Source: Candidatus Microgenomates bacterium
GTDB lineage: Bacteria; Patescibacteriota; Microgenomatia; Daviesbacterales; UBA10151
NCBI GenBank assembly: GCA_016182045.1
Contig: JACOYE010000008.1
Coordinates: 64,502 to 128,501, forward strand
Direction: 5' to 3'
Length of the DNA: 64,000 nucleotides
A program made the translations under genes and the position numbers. The notes beneath the pieces were generated by a model. The model saw only the letters and a program-made list of their open reading frames with translations, had not been told where the DNA came from and made no database searches. Position 1 is the stretch's first letter; each line of letters starts with the position of its first letter. Positions 37,403 to 46,420 of this stretch are shown here, piece by piece.

Positions 37403-38938
37403 ATGCCTGAATCATTATCTGTAACTCCAGAAGACCCTCCTCCCTTATCATCCGAGCTTAGATTGGCCCTAGAGATTTCTGAAGATGAATCCAACAATGA
37501 GATAATTCATAAAGCAATTGTCCGTCAGATAGTTAAAAGTGATCTTCTTACTACACTTCTATCTATTGCTGATGATCTTGAGATTGATCAATTATCACCT
37601 GAACACATTCCTCCCTCAATTTATAAAGCCATGCAAGATACCTCTTTGGAGATCCCTAAAAGGAGTGAGGAGGAGTTTAGTTTCCCATCCTCTTCAGAAC
37701 AAGATTTGGAAATTGCCCAATACAGTACCTATAGTGCAGAGTCTTTTAAAAGGCAGGCAGAAGAAACTAAAAACCTTTTAGAAAAAGAAAGATATCAAAT
37801 TATGGCAGCTGAGGCAAGGCTTATACCCACAATCTTCGTAGATGGCATGGTACGTGAGACATTAGACAAAGGGGGTAATGAGGGTTGGGATGGTAACAAA
37901 ATAAAAGTAAAAGAGGATGGATTACCGCTTTCTCAACTTAGAAGGCAATATTTTACCGGCACAATAGACAACTTGAGTGATTATGATGCTTTTAAAAAGG
38001 CTGTGGAAGGATCTTCTTTATCACCAATGGCAGAATTAATGCTTGATTTATATAAAAAGCTCAAAGCATTCGGAATAGACTCATTTCAGGATTTTTTCAA
38101 CATGATGGGACAGGATAAAGTATCAGTAAAGACACGCTCAGAGTGGGCTGTGAGTTTTTTCCAGGAAGATAACAATCAGGAAATACTTGAGGAGAAAATA
38201 AAGGAATTGGTAAAAGAGGGAGGTATTCCCGAAGTTCATCAGCAAACCTTTGCCGCTTTTGCCTTGGCAGCAAGATTACTTGATGAGGAAGATGGAAGAG
38301 AAATTTTGGAACCTAAGGAAATGCTTAAAAGGATCGCAGAAAAAGAAGGGATTAAATATGATGATGAAGATGTTCGATTTTTAGGAAATCAGCCAGTAGC
38401 CATCCCCTCAACAGCCCTATTAGCTCTAATAGATGCAGAAGGAAAAAGTGCGGTAGGCGCAACACTTTTACTACCTGAGGGTATGATATCAAGACATGTT
38501 ACCCACGAAGTTGCACATATTATACACGGATTGTTCATTAGAAAAATATCTCCTTTACTGGCTGCAAAGCTACCATCCCAGGCAGCTGAACGGATTGCCA
38601 CCTATTTAGAGTATAAATATGGTGGAGGGTTCACCCGTTATGCCCGATTGTCCGCTTCAAGATATGTTCTCTTAACTGAAGCCCAACTTGCTCATATTGA
38701 TGAGCTGGATGCGGCTTGTGAATCTGAAAATTTAGAAGAAATAGAGAGGATACTAAGGGACTCTCTGAAGACACCAACAGAGAACATGGAAAAAACCTTT
38801 GGAGAAACAGTTGCAGGCGAAACTTATGGTTATCCATTTGGCATTTTAGGCCTGTATGCTCATGCCAGTAGCCTGGTAGAGGGTGATCTGTTAAAACCAT
38901 TAACGCAGATTATAAAAGAAGCAATAACAATCACTTAA
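37403..38938 (+). CDS. hypothetical acidic protein with an HExxH motif (possible zincin-like domain)
   Basis: 511 aa; …VTHEVAHIIHG… at residues ~355-365; otherwise unrecognised. Confidence 0.45.
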   Translation: MPESLSVTPEDPPPLSSELRLALEISEDESNNEIIHKAIVRQIVKSDLLTTLLSIADDLEIDQLSPEHIPPSIYKAMQDTSLEIPKRSEEEFSFPSSSEQDLEIAQYSTYSAESFKRQAEETKNLLEKERYQIMAAEARLIPTIFVDGMVRETLDKGGNEGWDGNKIKVKEDGLPLSQLRRQYFTGTIDNLSDYDAFKKAVEGSSLSPMAELMLDLYKKLKAFGIDSFQDFFNMMGQDKVSVKTRSEWAVSFFQEDNNQEILEEKIKELVKEGGIPEVHQQTFAAFALAARLLDEEDGREILEPKEMLKRIAEKEGIKYDDEDVRFLGNQPVAIPSTALLALIDAEGKSAVGATLLLPEGMISRHVTHEVAHIIHGLFIRKISPLLAAKLPSQAAERIATYLEYKYGGGFTRYARLSASRYVLLTEAQLAHIDELDAACESENLEEIERILRDSLKTPTENMEKTFGETVAGETYGYPFGILGLYAHASSLVEGDLLKPLTQIIKEAITIT

Positions 38939-38950
38939 TTTTTGGTGCAC

Positions 38951-38982
38951 TTGACAAACCCATTAGTTAGTACTAATATAAA
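38951..38982 (+). promoter_or_regulatory. sigma70-like promoter (TTGACA …17-18 nt… TAATAT) ahead of a ~360-nt non-coding stretch and tRNA-Thr
   Basis: read directly. Confidence 0.35.
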
Positions 38983-39357
38983 ATTATCCTAAAGGACATT
39001 TAAAGTAGATGGCCTAAAGGATGACTGCCCAAAAGGCATCCCTACCTTGCACGTTAATAGCCGAAGATATTTTTCCTCCACTGTTTGTTAAGTCTTGGGT
39101 TGATCCGAAGTTGGCATCCTTGTACCGTCTGGTACAGGATCCCACAGGATTCCCACTTTTTTCCCAGGGGGAAAAACTTCTGCCAACGGCTAGCGTAGGG
39201 AGTTATTATAATTTTTTGGACAAATTCTAAAAACTGGTGACTGCAAATTATAGACAGGTTGCAGATTTGTCCAATTACTTCAATCTCGTTCCCGGTTTTT
39301 TTGTGATAGAATTTATTTACAAAGTTATACAGCAATTTTCAAGAGGATTCTTCCTTT

Positions 39358-39430
39358 GCCGACGTAGCTCAGCGGTTAGAGCACTTGTTTTGTAAACAAG
39401 GAGTCGTGGGTTCGATTCCCACCGTCGGCT
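39358..39430 (+). tRNA. tRNA-Thr (anticodon UGU)
   Basis: cloverleaf folded by hand: acceptor GCCGACG/CGTCGGC, D-arm GCTC/GAGC, anticodon loop TTTGTAA, T-arm GTGGG-TTCGATT-CCCAC; no encoded CCA. Confidence 0.9.
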
Positions 39431-39467
39431 CAGAATTTAAAATCTCGAGTTCGGTTCTGATTCAGAA

Positions 39468-41390
39468 TTACTCTTCTTCTTGCTCCATACCTTTAAGTGT
39501 GAAACCTACTGCATTATTAATCTTATGCTTTCTTGTTGATAATCTACGCCGATTTAATTGACCAAGCAAATTATAGCATATTTTTGCAGTATGATTTCTA
39601 ATTAACTCTACTGCCTTTAAGGGATCCTCTTCAGAACCACCTTGAGGTTCTGGAATTACTGCATCTATTAAGTTGAGTTCTAACTGATCTTTTGCGGTGA
39701 TACGCATGCTTTCCATAGTCATCACTAATTTATCCAGACTAGGATTAGCTTCATTATATAAAATAGTAGTGGCAGAATTTGGTTCAGCCACGCTGGCCCA
39801 TGAATTCTCAGTCATAGCTAAATAATCAGCGATAGGCGTTGTTGCCAATCCGCCACCGCTACCCAAAGCACCTATGACATAAGCTATTGTTGGAGGCTGA
39901 TAAGAATTTGTTTTTAGAATTGTGTCGGATATTTTTCTTGATTGATCATCAATTTCAGCATCAAGAGTAGGCTTTGCCCCTAAGGTATCAGTTAAAAAGA
40001 GAGCCGGTATTCCCCTTCTTTCCCCTAGATCTAGCATTCTTTGAACATAAAGATAATCAGGTGGAGCTGGACTGGCGGGAATTTTCACAATTCTTCCATC
40101 ACTCATGCGTTGATAAGATGGTTGGTTACCTATTACCAGAAAAGGTTGTTCTCCAAGCTTGGCTAAGGCCGCTATAATAGCTGGATAATGTATGACATCA
40201 TTCTCCACCTCCACGCTATATAGAGGAACAACATCTGTGAAACCGTTTGTTAAAATGTACTCTGTGTCCGGTCTTCTTGGATCCGATTTAGTGATCATAT
40301 ATCTATCATATAAACTTTTATTATCTTTTCGCTGCTCTAATCTTACTTCACCATCAATATATCCATCACTTTGATCATCAAACACTGGAGTAAAAAAGCC
40401 CTTCTTATCAAAAGGATAACGCCCTCTTCTGGGGGATTTTATTGGAGGTAAATCTAATAGACTTTGTCTTACCTTTCCACCCCTAGATTTTTCTATATTA
40501 GCATCCATTTTTAAAAACCTCTCCAGCCATTGAATGAGCGCCTCTTTATCTTCAATAATCATATCAATTGTCCTATTCCTAAATCCTGCTTCTGCGCTTT
40601 GTGCTCCTTCTGGAACTGGCTCATAGGTATAGCTTTCAATTACTCTTGGACCTGTAAAACCAAAATTAGTTCCTCTTACGGCAACTGCCACATCTGCCCT
40701 AGGAATTACGCTGGCTGATAAACCTCCCCAAACTTGATGCAATAAAACAGCAATGAAGGGCCTTTTGGCTTCTTGCTTAAACTTTTCCAGTGAATGTACA
40801 GTCCTGGTCATCTGTAAAAGAGCGGGTATGTTTTCTTGTTGCCTTGCGCCTCCAGAAGAGAAGATACCAACTAACGGTTGTTTCTTTCTGCCTGCCAATT
40901 CAGCTGCCAGTTTTATCTTTTCTCCTACTACCGCTCCAAAAGAACCTGCAAAAAAGTTCCAATGGGTTGCAACTTCTATGAACCGATTTCTTCCTAGGTT
41001 TCCCTCACCATAAGAAGCTGCCTCAGTGTGACCTTTTTCTTCCTCTTTTTTAAGCTTCCCTTCATAAGTTTCTATCTCCCCGTTTGCCAGTTTCCGTATT
41101 ACTCCAATGACATCTTTCACTATTTGAATATGCCCATTTCTCTCTCGAAAACCTGTTCTTGCTTTAAAATCAGCAAGCAAATTCCCAGGATCAATTTTTG
41201 GTCTATCTTTTAGGATGGAATCATAAGGATTTAATTGTCCGTTAGTTGTTTCAAATTCTGGTACTGGTAGAGGTACATGAGGTTTTCGGCCATTGCTAAG
41301 AATCTTAATTGCTCCTCTAGGAAGATAGCCTGCATTATCTATTAAAGCTTGCTCATAGGAAATAACTTCTTTACCTTCGGATTGACTCAT
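39468..41390 (-). CDS. acyl-CoA/acetyl-CoA carboxylase carboxyltransferase (fused beta- and alpha-type domains)
   Basis: 640 aa; two crotonase-fold CT domains (…SSGGARQQE…GFTGPRVIE… and …GALGSGGGLA…); no biotin carboxylase or BCCP nearby. Confidence 0.65.
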   Translation of the reverse strand: MSQSEGKEVISYEQALIDNAGYLPRGAIKILSNGRKPHVPLPVPEFETTNGQLNPYDSILKDRPKIDPGNLLADFKARTGFRERNGHIQIVKDVIGVIRKLANGEIETYEGKLKKEEEKGHTEAASYGEGNLGRNRFIEVATHWNFFAGSFGAVVGEKIKLAAELAGRKKQPLVGIFSSGGARQQENIPALLQMTRTVHSLEKFKQEAKRPFIAVLLHQVWGGLSASVIPRADVAVAVRGTNFGFTGPRVIESYTYEPVPEGAQSAEAGFRNRTIDMIIEDKEALIQWLERFLKMDANIEKSRGGKVRQSLLDLPPIKSPRRGRYPFDKKGFFTPVFDDQSDGYIDGEVRLEQRKDNKSLYDRYMITKSDPRRPDTEYILTNGFTDVVPLYSVEVENDVIHYPAIIAALAKLGEQPFLVIGNQPSYQRMSDGRIVKIPASPAPPDYLYVQRMLDLGERRGIPALFLTDTLGAKPTLDAEIDDQSRKISDTILKTNSYQPPTIAYVIGALGSGGGLATTPIADYLAMTENSWASVAEPNSATTILYNEANPSLDKLVMTMESMRITAKDQLELNLIDAVIPEPQGGSEEDPLKAVELIRNHTAKICYNLLGQLNRRRLSTRKHKINNAVGFTLKGMEQEEE

Positions 41391-41580
41391 CGCCTTCAGA
41401 CTATACCTTAATTACTAAGTTTAGTCAATTATTGGCTTACACAGGGTTCATCACATGACACATATCCGAAGGTATTAAAAAAACATTTATTAGCAGAGAC
41501 AAAAGACCCAGAATTAAAGGAGGGTTTAAATAACATTATCAATAAACTACCCTCCCAAAATACCGAATATTGGACAATTT

Positions 41581-41910
41581 TTATTCTTTCCTTAAATATT
41601 TCGGTACTGGTAAGCCTACATGGGCTAAGTTTGCCACAATATTACCCACCAAGGTGGCAGCAATAAGAACAAATGATGCCGGCACTATAAATGCCAAATC
41701 TGGCTGAGCCACTCCAACCAGCTCAACTACGGCAAATACGAATACATAAGGTAATACTGCATCATGTAGGTAGTGGGCCACCTTTGACAACCTAAAGGTA
41801 TTTTTGGCCAATGATACTCCCACCCCAACTAACCAGTCAGCCATCACTAAAAGCACTATAAAGCGCATAAAATCAGTTTGAAAAAGAGGCAACGGATCCA
41901 AATCTCTCAC
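41581..41910 (-). CDS. holin-like small membrane protein (phage holin / toxin-secretion holin family-like)
   Basis: 109 aa; 3 TM helices, …DWLVGVGVSLAKNTFRLSKV… resembles holin signature. Confidence 0.5.
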   Translation of the reverse strand: MRDLDPLPLFQTDFMRFIVLLVMADWLVGVGVSLAKNTFRLSKVAHYLHDAVLPYVFVFAVVELVGVAQPDLAFIVPASFVLIAATLVGNIVANLAHVGLPVPKYLRKE

Positions 41911-42000
41911 CCCCTTTCTTTAATAGTTAACTTAAGCATTACATGTAAATTAGGAGGTTGTCAAATATCTCGCTCTTAAGTCCCACCGAAACTATACTTG

Positions 42001-42447
42001 TTATTTGCTCATCCTAAAATACGGGCTGGGGTCAATAAATCCCAAATAGCCATTGTATAAATCGGGCTTTTTTAATTTAATGCCAAAATGGAGGTGTTCA
42101 CCAAAAGCAGCACCTGTCTTCCCTGAGAGCCCAACCACTTCCCCAATCTTGACCTTATCACCAACACTTACTTTGGATGATTGAAGATGAGCATAAATAC
42201 TGATACCCCAGGGGTGTTGGAGAGTAACAGATATCCCCCACTCCCCACTGTCAGAGGACTGGATGACTTTTCCTCGATCAGATGATAAAACTTCAGTTCC
42301 CTCTGACAGTCCATAATCTATCCCATGATGACCTTTGATACCCCATTGGGCAAATTTCTTTTTGATTTCTTTATTATCCGATTGATCCCCAAAGGGAAAA
42401 GTAACCGGAAAAAAACCATTAAAAGGCAGTCTAAGTTTAAGTTTCAT
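42001..42447 (-). CDS. M23-family metallopeptidase (LytM/lysostaphin-like)
   Basis: 148 aa; HHGIDY…, …YAHL…, …GEHLHF… zinc-ligand motifs. Confidence 0.8.
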   Translation of the reverse strand: MKLKLRLPFNGFFPVTFPFGDQSDNKEIKKKFAQWGIKGHHGIDYGLSEGTEVLSSDRGKVIQSSDSGEWGISVTLQHPWGISIYAHLQSSKVSVGDKVKIGEVVGLSGKTGAAFGEHLHFGIKLKKPDLYNGYLGFIDPSPYFRMSK

Positions 42448-42491
42448 TTTGTCTCAATATAGCATACTTTAAAGTATGCTAAAATCTTTGT

Positions 42492-42507
42492 AGCGCCGAC
42501 GTAGCTT
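42492..42507 (+). other. 16-bp duplicate of the 5' end of tRNA-Thr (AGCGCCGACGTAGCTT)
   Basis: exact direct repeat of 42553-42568; the upstream copy does not continue as a tRNA. Confidence 0.4.
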
Positions 42508-42558
42508 TAGATAGTTATTACACGAAGTGGAACTATCGCAAGATACGTCAAGCGAAGC

Positions 42559-42633
42559 GCCGACGTAGCTTAGTGGCAAAGCACTTCATTGGTAATGAAG
42601 AGAGCGCGGGTTCGATCCCCGCCGTCGGCTCCA
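42559..42633 (+). tRNA. tRNA-Thr (anticodon GGU), CCA encoded
   Basis: acceptor GCCGACG/CGTCGGC, anticodon loop TTGGTAA, T-arm GCGGG-TTCGATC-CCCGC, 3' TCCA. Confidence 0.9.
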
Positions 42634-42652
42634 TTGTGATATATTTGAATTA

Positions 42653-42856
42653 ATGCTAAAAACTTTTAGGAAAAAGCACAAATATCTATATTATCTTTTG
42701 CTGGGAATAGCGCTGGTTTTGTTTTGGAGAGGTTTTTGGGGACTGATGGATTTATATCTTTTTCCCCAAAATCAGTTCTTAAGTTATCTTCTTTCCATAG
42801 CAGGAGCCCTAATGGTGTTATTTTTCACCCACTCCTGGACTAACTTAAAAGAATAG
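42653..42856 (+). CDS. hypothetical small membrane protein
   Basis: 67 aa, two TM helices, between tRNA-Thr and rpmG. Confidence 0.3.
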   Translation: MLKTFRKKHKYLYYLLLGIALVLFWRGFWGLMDLYLFPQNQFLSYLLSIAGALMVLFFTHSWTNLKE

Positions 42857-42871
42857 GATATACTTCCCCCT

Positions 42872-43045
42872 ATGGCTAAAAAAGGTAAAAGACAATTATT
42901 TATTTTACAGTGTTCTGTTTGTAAAAACAGGAATTATACCAGTTCGAAAAACCCCACAAACAGTAAAGATCGGCTTATATTGAACAAATTTTGTAAACAC
43001 TGCCGCCGACAAACCGAACATACTGAAGTTAAAATTGGAAAGTAG
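42872..43045 (+). CDS. rpmG: 50S ribosomal protein L33 (Zn-ribbon type)
   Basis: 57 aa, below the ORF-track size cut-off; MAKKGKR…CSVCKNRNY…KFCKHCRRQTEH…. Confidence 0.8.
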   Translation: MAKKGKRQLFILQCSVCKNRNYTSSKNPTNSKDRLILNKFCKHCRRQTEHTEVKIGK

Positions 43046-43174
43046 TTACGTTTTTGCGAAGGTCCTTATTTTTTGCTGCGTTTTTCCTTTTTCCAAAGAG
43101 TGGGGGCAACAACTATAGAGATGGCCAGTAGTATGATTGCTAAAATTAGATAGAAAGATTGTAATTCACTCATA

Positions 43175-43396
43175 TTATTTCCTTATCAGAATCATGCTCA
43201 GTAATAAGAATGCTGCTGTTAGTACTAATCCTAATGTTAGGTCAAATACATTAAACTTGTCAACTCTGAATATGTTTGGTATTACTAATGACGCTACAGA
43301 AACCAAAGATAAATTAGATAAAAACTCAGATAGCCTATCTAATTGTTTATCATTCAGCTCAGGAATAATATCCATCTTTGTTATATAATACATCAT
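43175..43396 (-). CDS. hypothetical small membrane protein (doubtful)
   Basis: 73 aa ORF; 3' end runs into tRNA-Trp; a ~35-aa TM ORF also lies at ~43076-43183 (-). Confidence 0.2.
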   Translation of the reverse strand: MMYYITKMDIIPELNDKQLDRLSEFLSNLSLVSVASLVIPNIFRVDKFNVFDLTLGLVLTAAFLLLSMILIRK

Positions 43397-43463
43397 ACAA
43401 AGGGGTGTAGCTCAGTTGGTAGAGCACTGGTCTCCAAAACCAGCGGTCGGAGGTTCGACTCCT
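43391..43463 (+). tRNA. tRNA-Trp (anticodon CCA)
   Basis: acceptor AGGGGTG/CGCCCCT (one G-U), anticodon loop CTCCAAA, T-arm GGAGG-TTCGACT-CCTCC, discriminator G. Confidence 0.9.
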
Positions 43464-43482
43464 CCCGCCCCTGCTTTTAAAT

Positions 43483-45483
43483 TTATAGTTTGTTTAATCT
43501 GTATATATCTTTTCTATATCGTACATCTAATATTTCAAATGTTCTGCTACCATTATCAGAATCCAATTCTCTAAGTAAAACTCTTGCTCCTTTTGGTACG
43601 GTACAACCAATTACGAGTTTAAATCTTGGTGTACCATCGTGGCTAGGAGTTCTTAAAGGTCCCCATTTTGCACCAGTTCCCTTTTCGTTATACTCTCTTA
43701 TAGCATTCCCAATTATCTCTTTATCAACGCTTGACACATGTCTTAACAAATCATCTAATTTTTCATCTTCCGGTATAACAATTTGATGTTTGATACCTGG
43801 ACGCTCAGATAACTGAGCAAAAGATAAGTTGATAAAAGAAGTTGGGGATGCCTGTTGTCTTTGCTCAGACCTAACTTCCTTTCTCAATCCATAGATGGAA
43901 TCAACAAATCTTTCTCTTTTTATTGGTTGACTTGGTTGAACAACTACTGTTGAACCTGATTTTGTGGAAATTCCATATTCCTCTTCTACTTGCTGGCGCA
44001 ATACCCAAAGAATATTCATTGTCTTCACCATTAACTCATCCTGAAACATCTTAACTTCCTCCTCATCCTCAATTTTCGGGTCATCTAAAATGTTCCATTC
44101 GATGGTATTATTTGATGTGTCTACGATGAGTGCGACTTCTGCTTCCTCTCCTGTGTCGCTTTCATAATTTAATATGCAGGCAAATCTTTTAGGATTATAC
44201 TGATCAAAACCCACTATTAAACTCTGAGGGGGATATAAATTACCCCAATTAATTTTTTCTGGATCAATTTCATAATCTCTTTGAAATGCCACCTTTGGCA
44301 ACTTTGCCAGAATGGCCCAAAATTGACTTGTTGAGGGAATCACCTCCTTAAATCTATCAGGCATGGGAGTAGTATCCAAAAAAGTAGGCATATCATCTTT
44401 AGTTACTATTTTAAATTGGGAAGCTTCCTGAGCATATTCCATTATTGAATCTATCAAAAGTTGGTAAAAAGTATCTTCCTTTCCTTCTTTTATCATTTTT
44501 TGAGATCGACGATATATATCAAAGATAGAATCGTATCTATTCAAGCCCATGATCTGCAAAGTTAGTATTCGGATAGTCTTATTATCTAATCGTAGTTTCT
44601 CTTCAAAATAAGTTTTTAGTTCAAAATATCCAGGAGAATTAGGATTAAATAGTATGGACTTAACTGCTTTCTTTATCTCAATCACCTTATCACAAAGTAA
44701 TTTCGACATCTTAGCTGCTTCTCTTAGAAGTGGCGGTAGTTGAGGTGAAATATCAACAAATTCTAGGCCATCTGTTGTTGACATAGAACCGATTGTATTT
44801 GGTAAAACCCCAATTGCTTGCTTAGTCATGTTGGGAAAGGCAGCCTTTGGGTAGGATTGGTTTTGTTGGAAAATTTCATCTGAAGCTTGCTGGTAAGAAC
44901 CGGGATTAACATCACCATCAACTAAAGCTGCTTTAAGTAGAAAGTCTAAATAAGGTATTGGTGAAGTTCTCTTGCTGTGGAAATTAACAAAGTCTCTTAG
45001 AGAAATTCCATTTATCTCGATTGTGTTGACTATAAAGTTCCCAAAAGACATTAATGGAGCCAGTACATTAAATTTTTCTTCAAATTGATTTCTTTTAGAT
45101 AATCTTTGTAATTCCTGAACTACTGTTTCGTTGACCAGTCCTGCTCCTGCCACTAAACCGTGGGTAGTTTGAACCATTCCCACGGTTAGTCCCACACCAC
45201 CAAATCTATTAAATTCAGATGCCAATTGTGTACATAAAGTGTTGAGTTCATCCAATTTTTGGGTTAAATTCCAGAATCTTTTTTCATCTTGATCGCTTAA
45301 AAAAAATGGTCGGAAATAAGCAGTTTTTACAGCATCAACAAATGACTCATATTCTCTGTTGCGTTCCCCCTCATCATATAAAGGTGGGGTTGTAGGACGT
45401 TTTGCTAACTCATCCAAGCCCGTTATGATGTTTGTCTTGTCTTGCTCCTTCATAAGTCCATATTTTAACATACCTGAAGTCAA
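43483..45483 (-). CDS. large hypothetical protein with a C-terminal RelE/ParE-like toxin-fold domain
   Basis: 666 aa; last ~90 aa (…PRFKLVIGCTVPKGARVLLRELDSDNGSRTFEILDVRYRKDIYRL) match RelE/ParE (…YRLRVGDYR…ILRVGHRKDIY); N-terminal ~570 aa unrecognised. Confidence 0.6.
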   Translation of the reverse strand: MTSGMLKYGLMKEQDKTNIITGLDELAKRPTTPPLYDEGERNREYESFVDAVKTAYFRPFFLSDQDEKRFWNLTQKLDELNTLCTQLASEFNRFGGVGLTVGMVQTTHGLVAGAGLVNETVVQELQRLSKRNQFEEKFNVLAPLMSFGNFIVNTIEINGISLRDFVNFHSKRTSPIPYLDFLLKAALVDGDVNPGSYQQASDEIFQQNQSYPKAAFPNMTKQAIGVLPNTIGSMSTTDGLEFVDISPQLPPLLREAAKMSKLLCDKVIEIKKAVKSILFNPNSPGYFELKTYFEEKLRLDNKTIRILTLQIMGLNRYDSIFDIYRRSQKMIKEGKEDTFYQLLIDSIMEYAQEASQFKIVTKDDMPTFLDTTPMPDRFKEVIPSTSQFWAILAKLPKVAFQRDYEIDPEKINWGNLYPPQSLIVGFDQYNPKRFACILNYESDTGEEAEVALIVDTSNNTIEWNILDDPKIEDEEEVKMFQDELMVKTMNILWVLRQQVEEEYGISTKSGSTVVVQPSQPIKRERFVDSIYGLRKEVRSEQRQQASPTSFINLSFAQLSERPGIKHQIVIPEDEKLDDLLRHVSSVDKEIIGNAIREYNEKGTGAKWGPLRTPSHDGTPRFKLVIGCTVPKGARVLLRELDSDNGSRTFEILDVRYRKDIYRLNKL

Positions 45484-45667
45484 TAATCAAACCTATAGTG
45501 ATTTGGGGTAGAAGCGACTAGCTAACTAAATCTTGATTTTCCCTATAATAACTTCCAACATAGTTTATCAGGGCGTGCATAAATAACATAGCTGACGAAC
45601 TCAAGAAAATAATTAAGCAAAGAAGCTGTAGGTGGAGCGATAGCCAAAGCAATGGGAGAAATAATTT

Positions 45668-46066
45668 TTACCAGACTACATTCAAACCGTAATCTTTGTA
45701 GTCAGTAAAATCCTGGTCTTGAGTGAGTAAATAGTAATCTTTACTGATAGCTTGCCAGGCCAGCATACAATCAAATGGGTCTTTGTCTCCAAATTTAGGC
45801 AGTTTATAAAAAGAAGCTGCTATTTCTGCATCCAACTTTAAGATCTCAAAACCGCTATCCTTGGCAACGAACGGCAGTTTATCCGGCAATATACCTATCA
45901 AATCGAGTTTTCCAAGTGAATATTTAAGAGAGATTTCCCAAAAAGTTATGGCGCTGACCATTTTTGTTAACTGCGGATCAGACAAAATATCTCTGACTTT
46001 TTTGGTAATTTTTTTGGAAGAAAATAAAACGTACAAAAATGTATGTGTGTCAACAAGATAATTCAC
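45668..46066 (-). CDS. vapC: PIN-domain toxin VapC (second copy)
   Basis: 132 aa; LVDTHTFLY…TQDQDF acidic residues. Confidence 0.8.
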   Translation of the reverse strand: MNYLVDTHTFLYVLFSSKKITKKVRDILSDPQLTKMVSAITFWEISLKYSLGKLDLIGILPDKLPFVAKDSGFEILKLDAEIAASFYKLPKFGDKDPFDCMLAWQAISKDYYLLTQDQDFTDYKDYGLNVVW

Positions 46067-46299
46067 GATTTTAAAAAATCCTCATCTGTCAATTTAAAAC
46101 TACTGTGTATTTTAAAAGAAGCTTTACCTTCTAACAATCCTATTTTAAACTTTGTTTGCTTAAGATTCTGATATGGCACTAGTGCAGCTACCTTTTTTTT
46201 GTTTTTGCCATAGGTGATACCAATACTCTCGCCTTTGAGCACTTTCATCAACACTTCAGAGAATTTTGATTTAAACTGTCCTACAGTCATTTGATACAT
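46063..46299 (-). CDS. type II antitoxin (Phd/YefM-like), partner of the second VapC
   Basis: start placed at MYQMTV (ORF-track start 46338 lies inside the operator palindrome); 4-bp overlap with vapC. Confidence 0.6.
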   Translation of the reverse strand: MYQMTVGQFKSKFSEVLMKVLKGESIGITYGKNKKKVAALVPYQNLKQTKFKIGLLEGKASFKIHSSFKLTDEDFLKS

Positions 46300-46322
46300 A
46301 TTAGATACAATTAAACAACTTT

Positions 46323-46339
46323 CTTGACAACTTGTCAAG
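46323..46339. promoter_or_regulatory. perfect palindrome CTTGACAACTTGTCAAG (operator/-35 of the antitoxin promoter; TTTAAT -10 at 46315-46310 on the minus strand)
   Basis: read directly; promoter geometry gives a leaderless antitoxin transcript. Confidence 0.5.
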
Positions 46340-46420
46340 TTATTTTTTCCAGGTTTAAGTCCTGGCGCCCATGCTTGACAGAACTTGACAGAAAGAGAAT
46401 AAACATATTAAATAATTGGC

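Noticed and set aside
39021-39335. Two mutually overlapping ORFs (69 aa on plus, 93 aa on minus) upstream of tRNA-Thr
   Set aside because: They are mutually exclusive, have no motifs, and the region carries long-range RNA-like pairing. It is treated as non-coding or a possible ncRNA instead.
38990-39357. Possibility that the non-coding stretch is RNase P RNA, SRP RNA or tmRNA
   Set aside because: None of the universal blocks was found (RNase P GGAAAGUCCGG / ACAGAAnCCGGCUUA, SRP domain-IV GGAAGGAAGCAGC-like, tmRNA tRNA-like ends).
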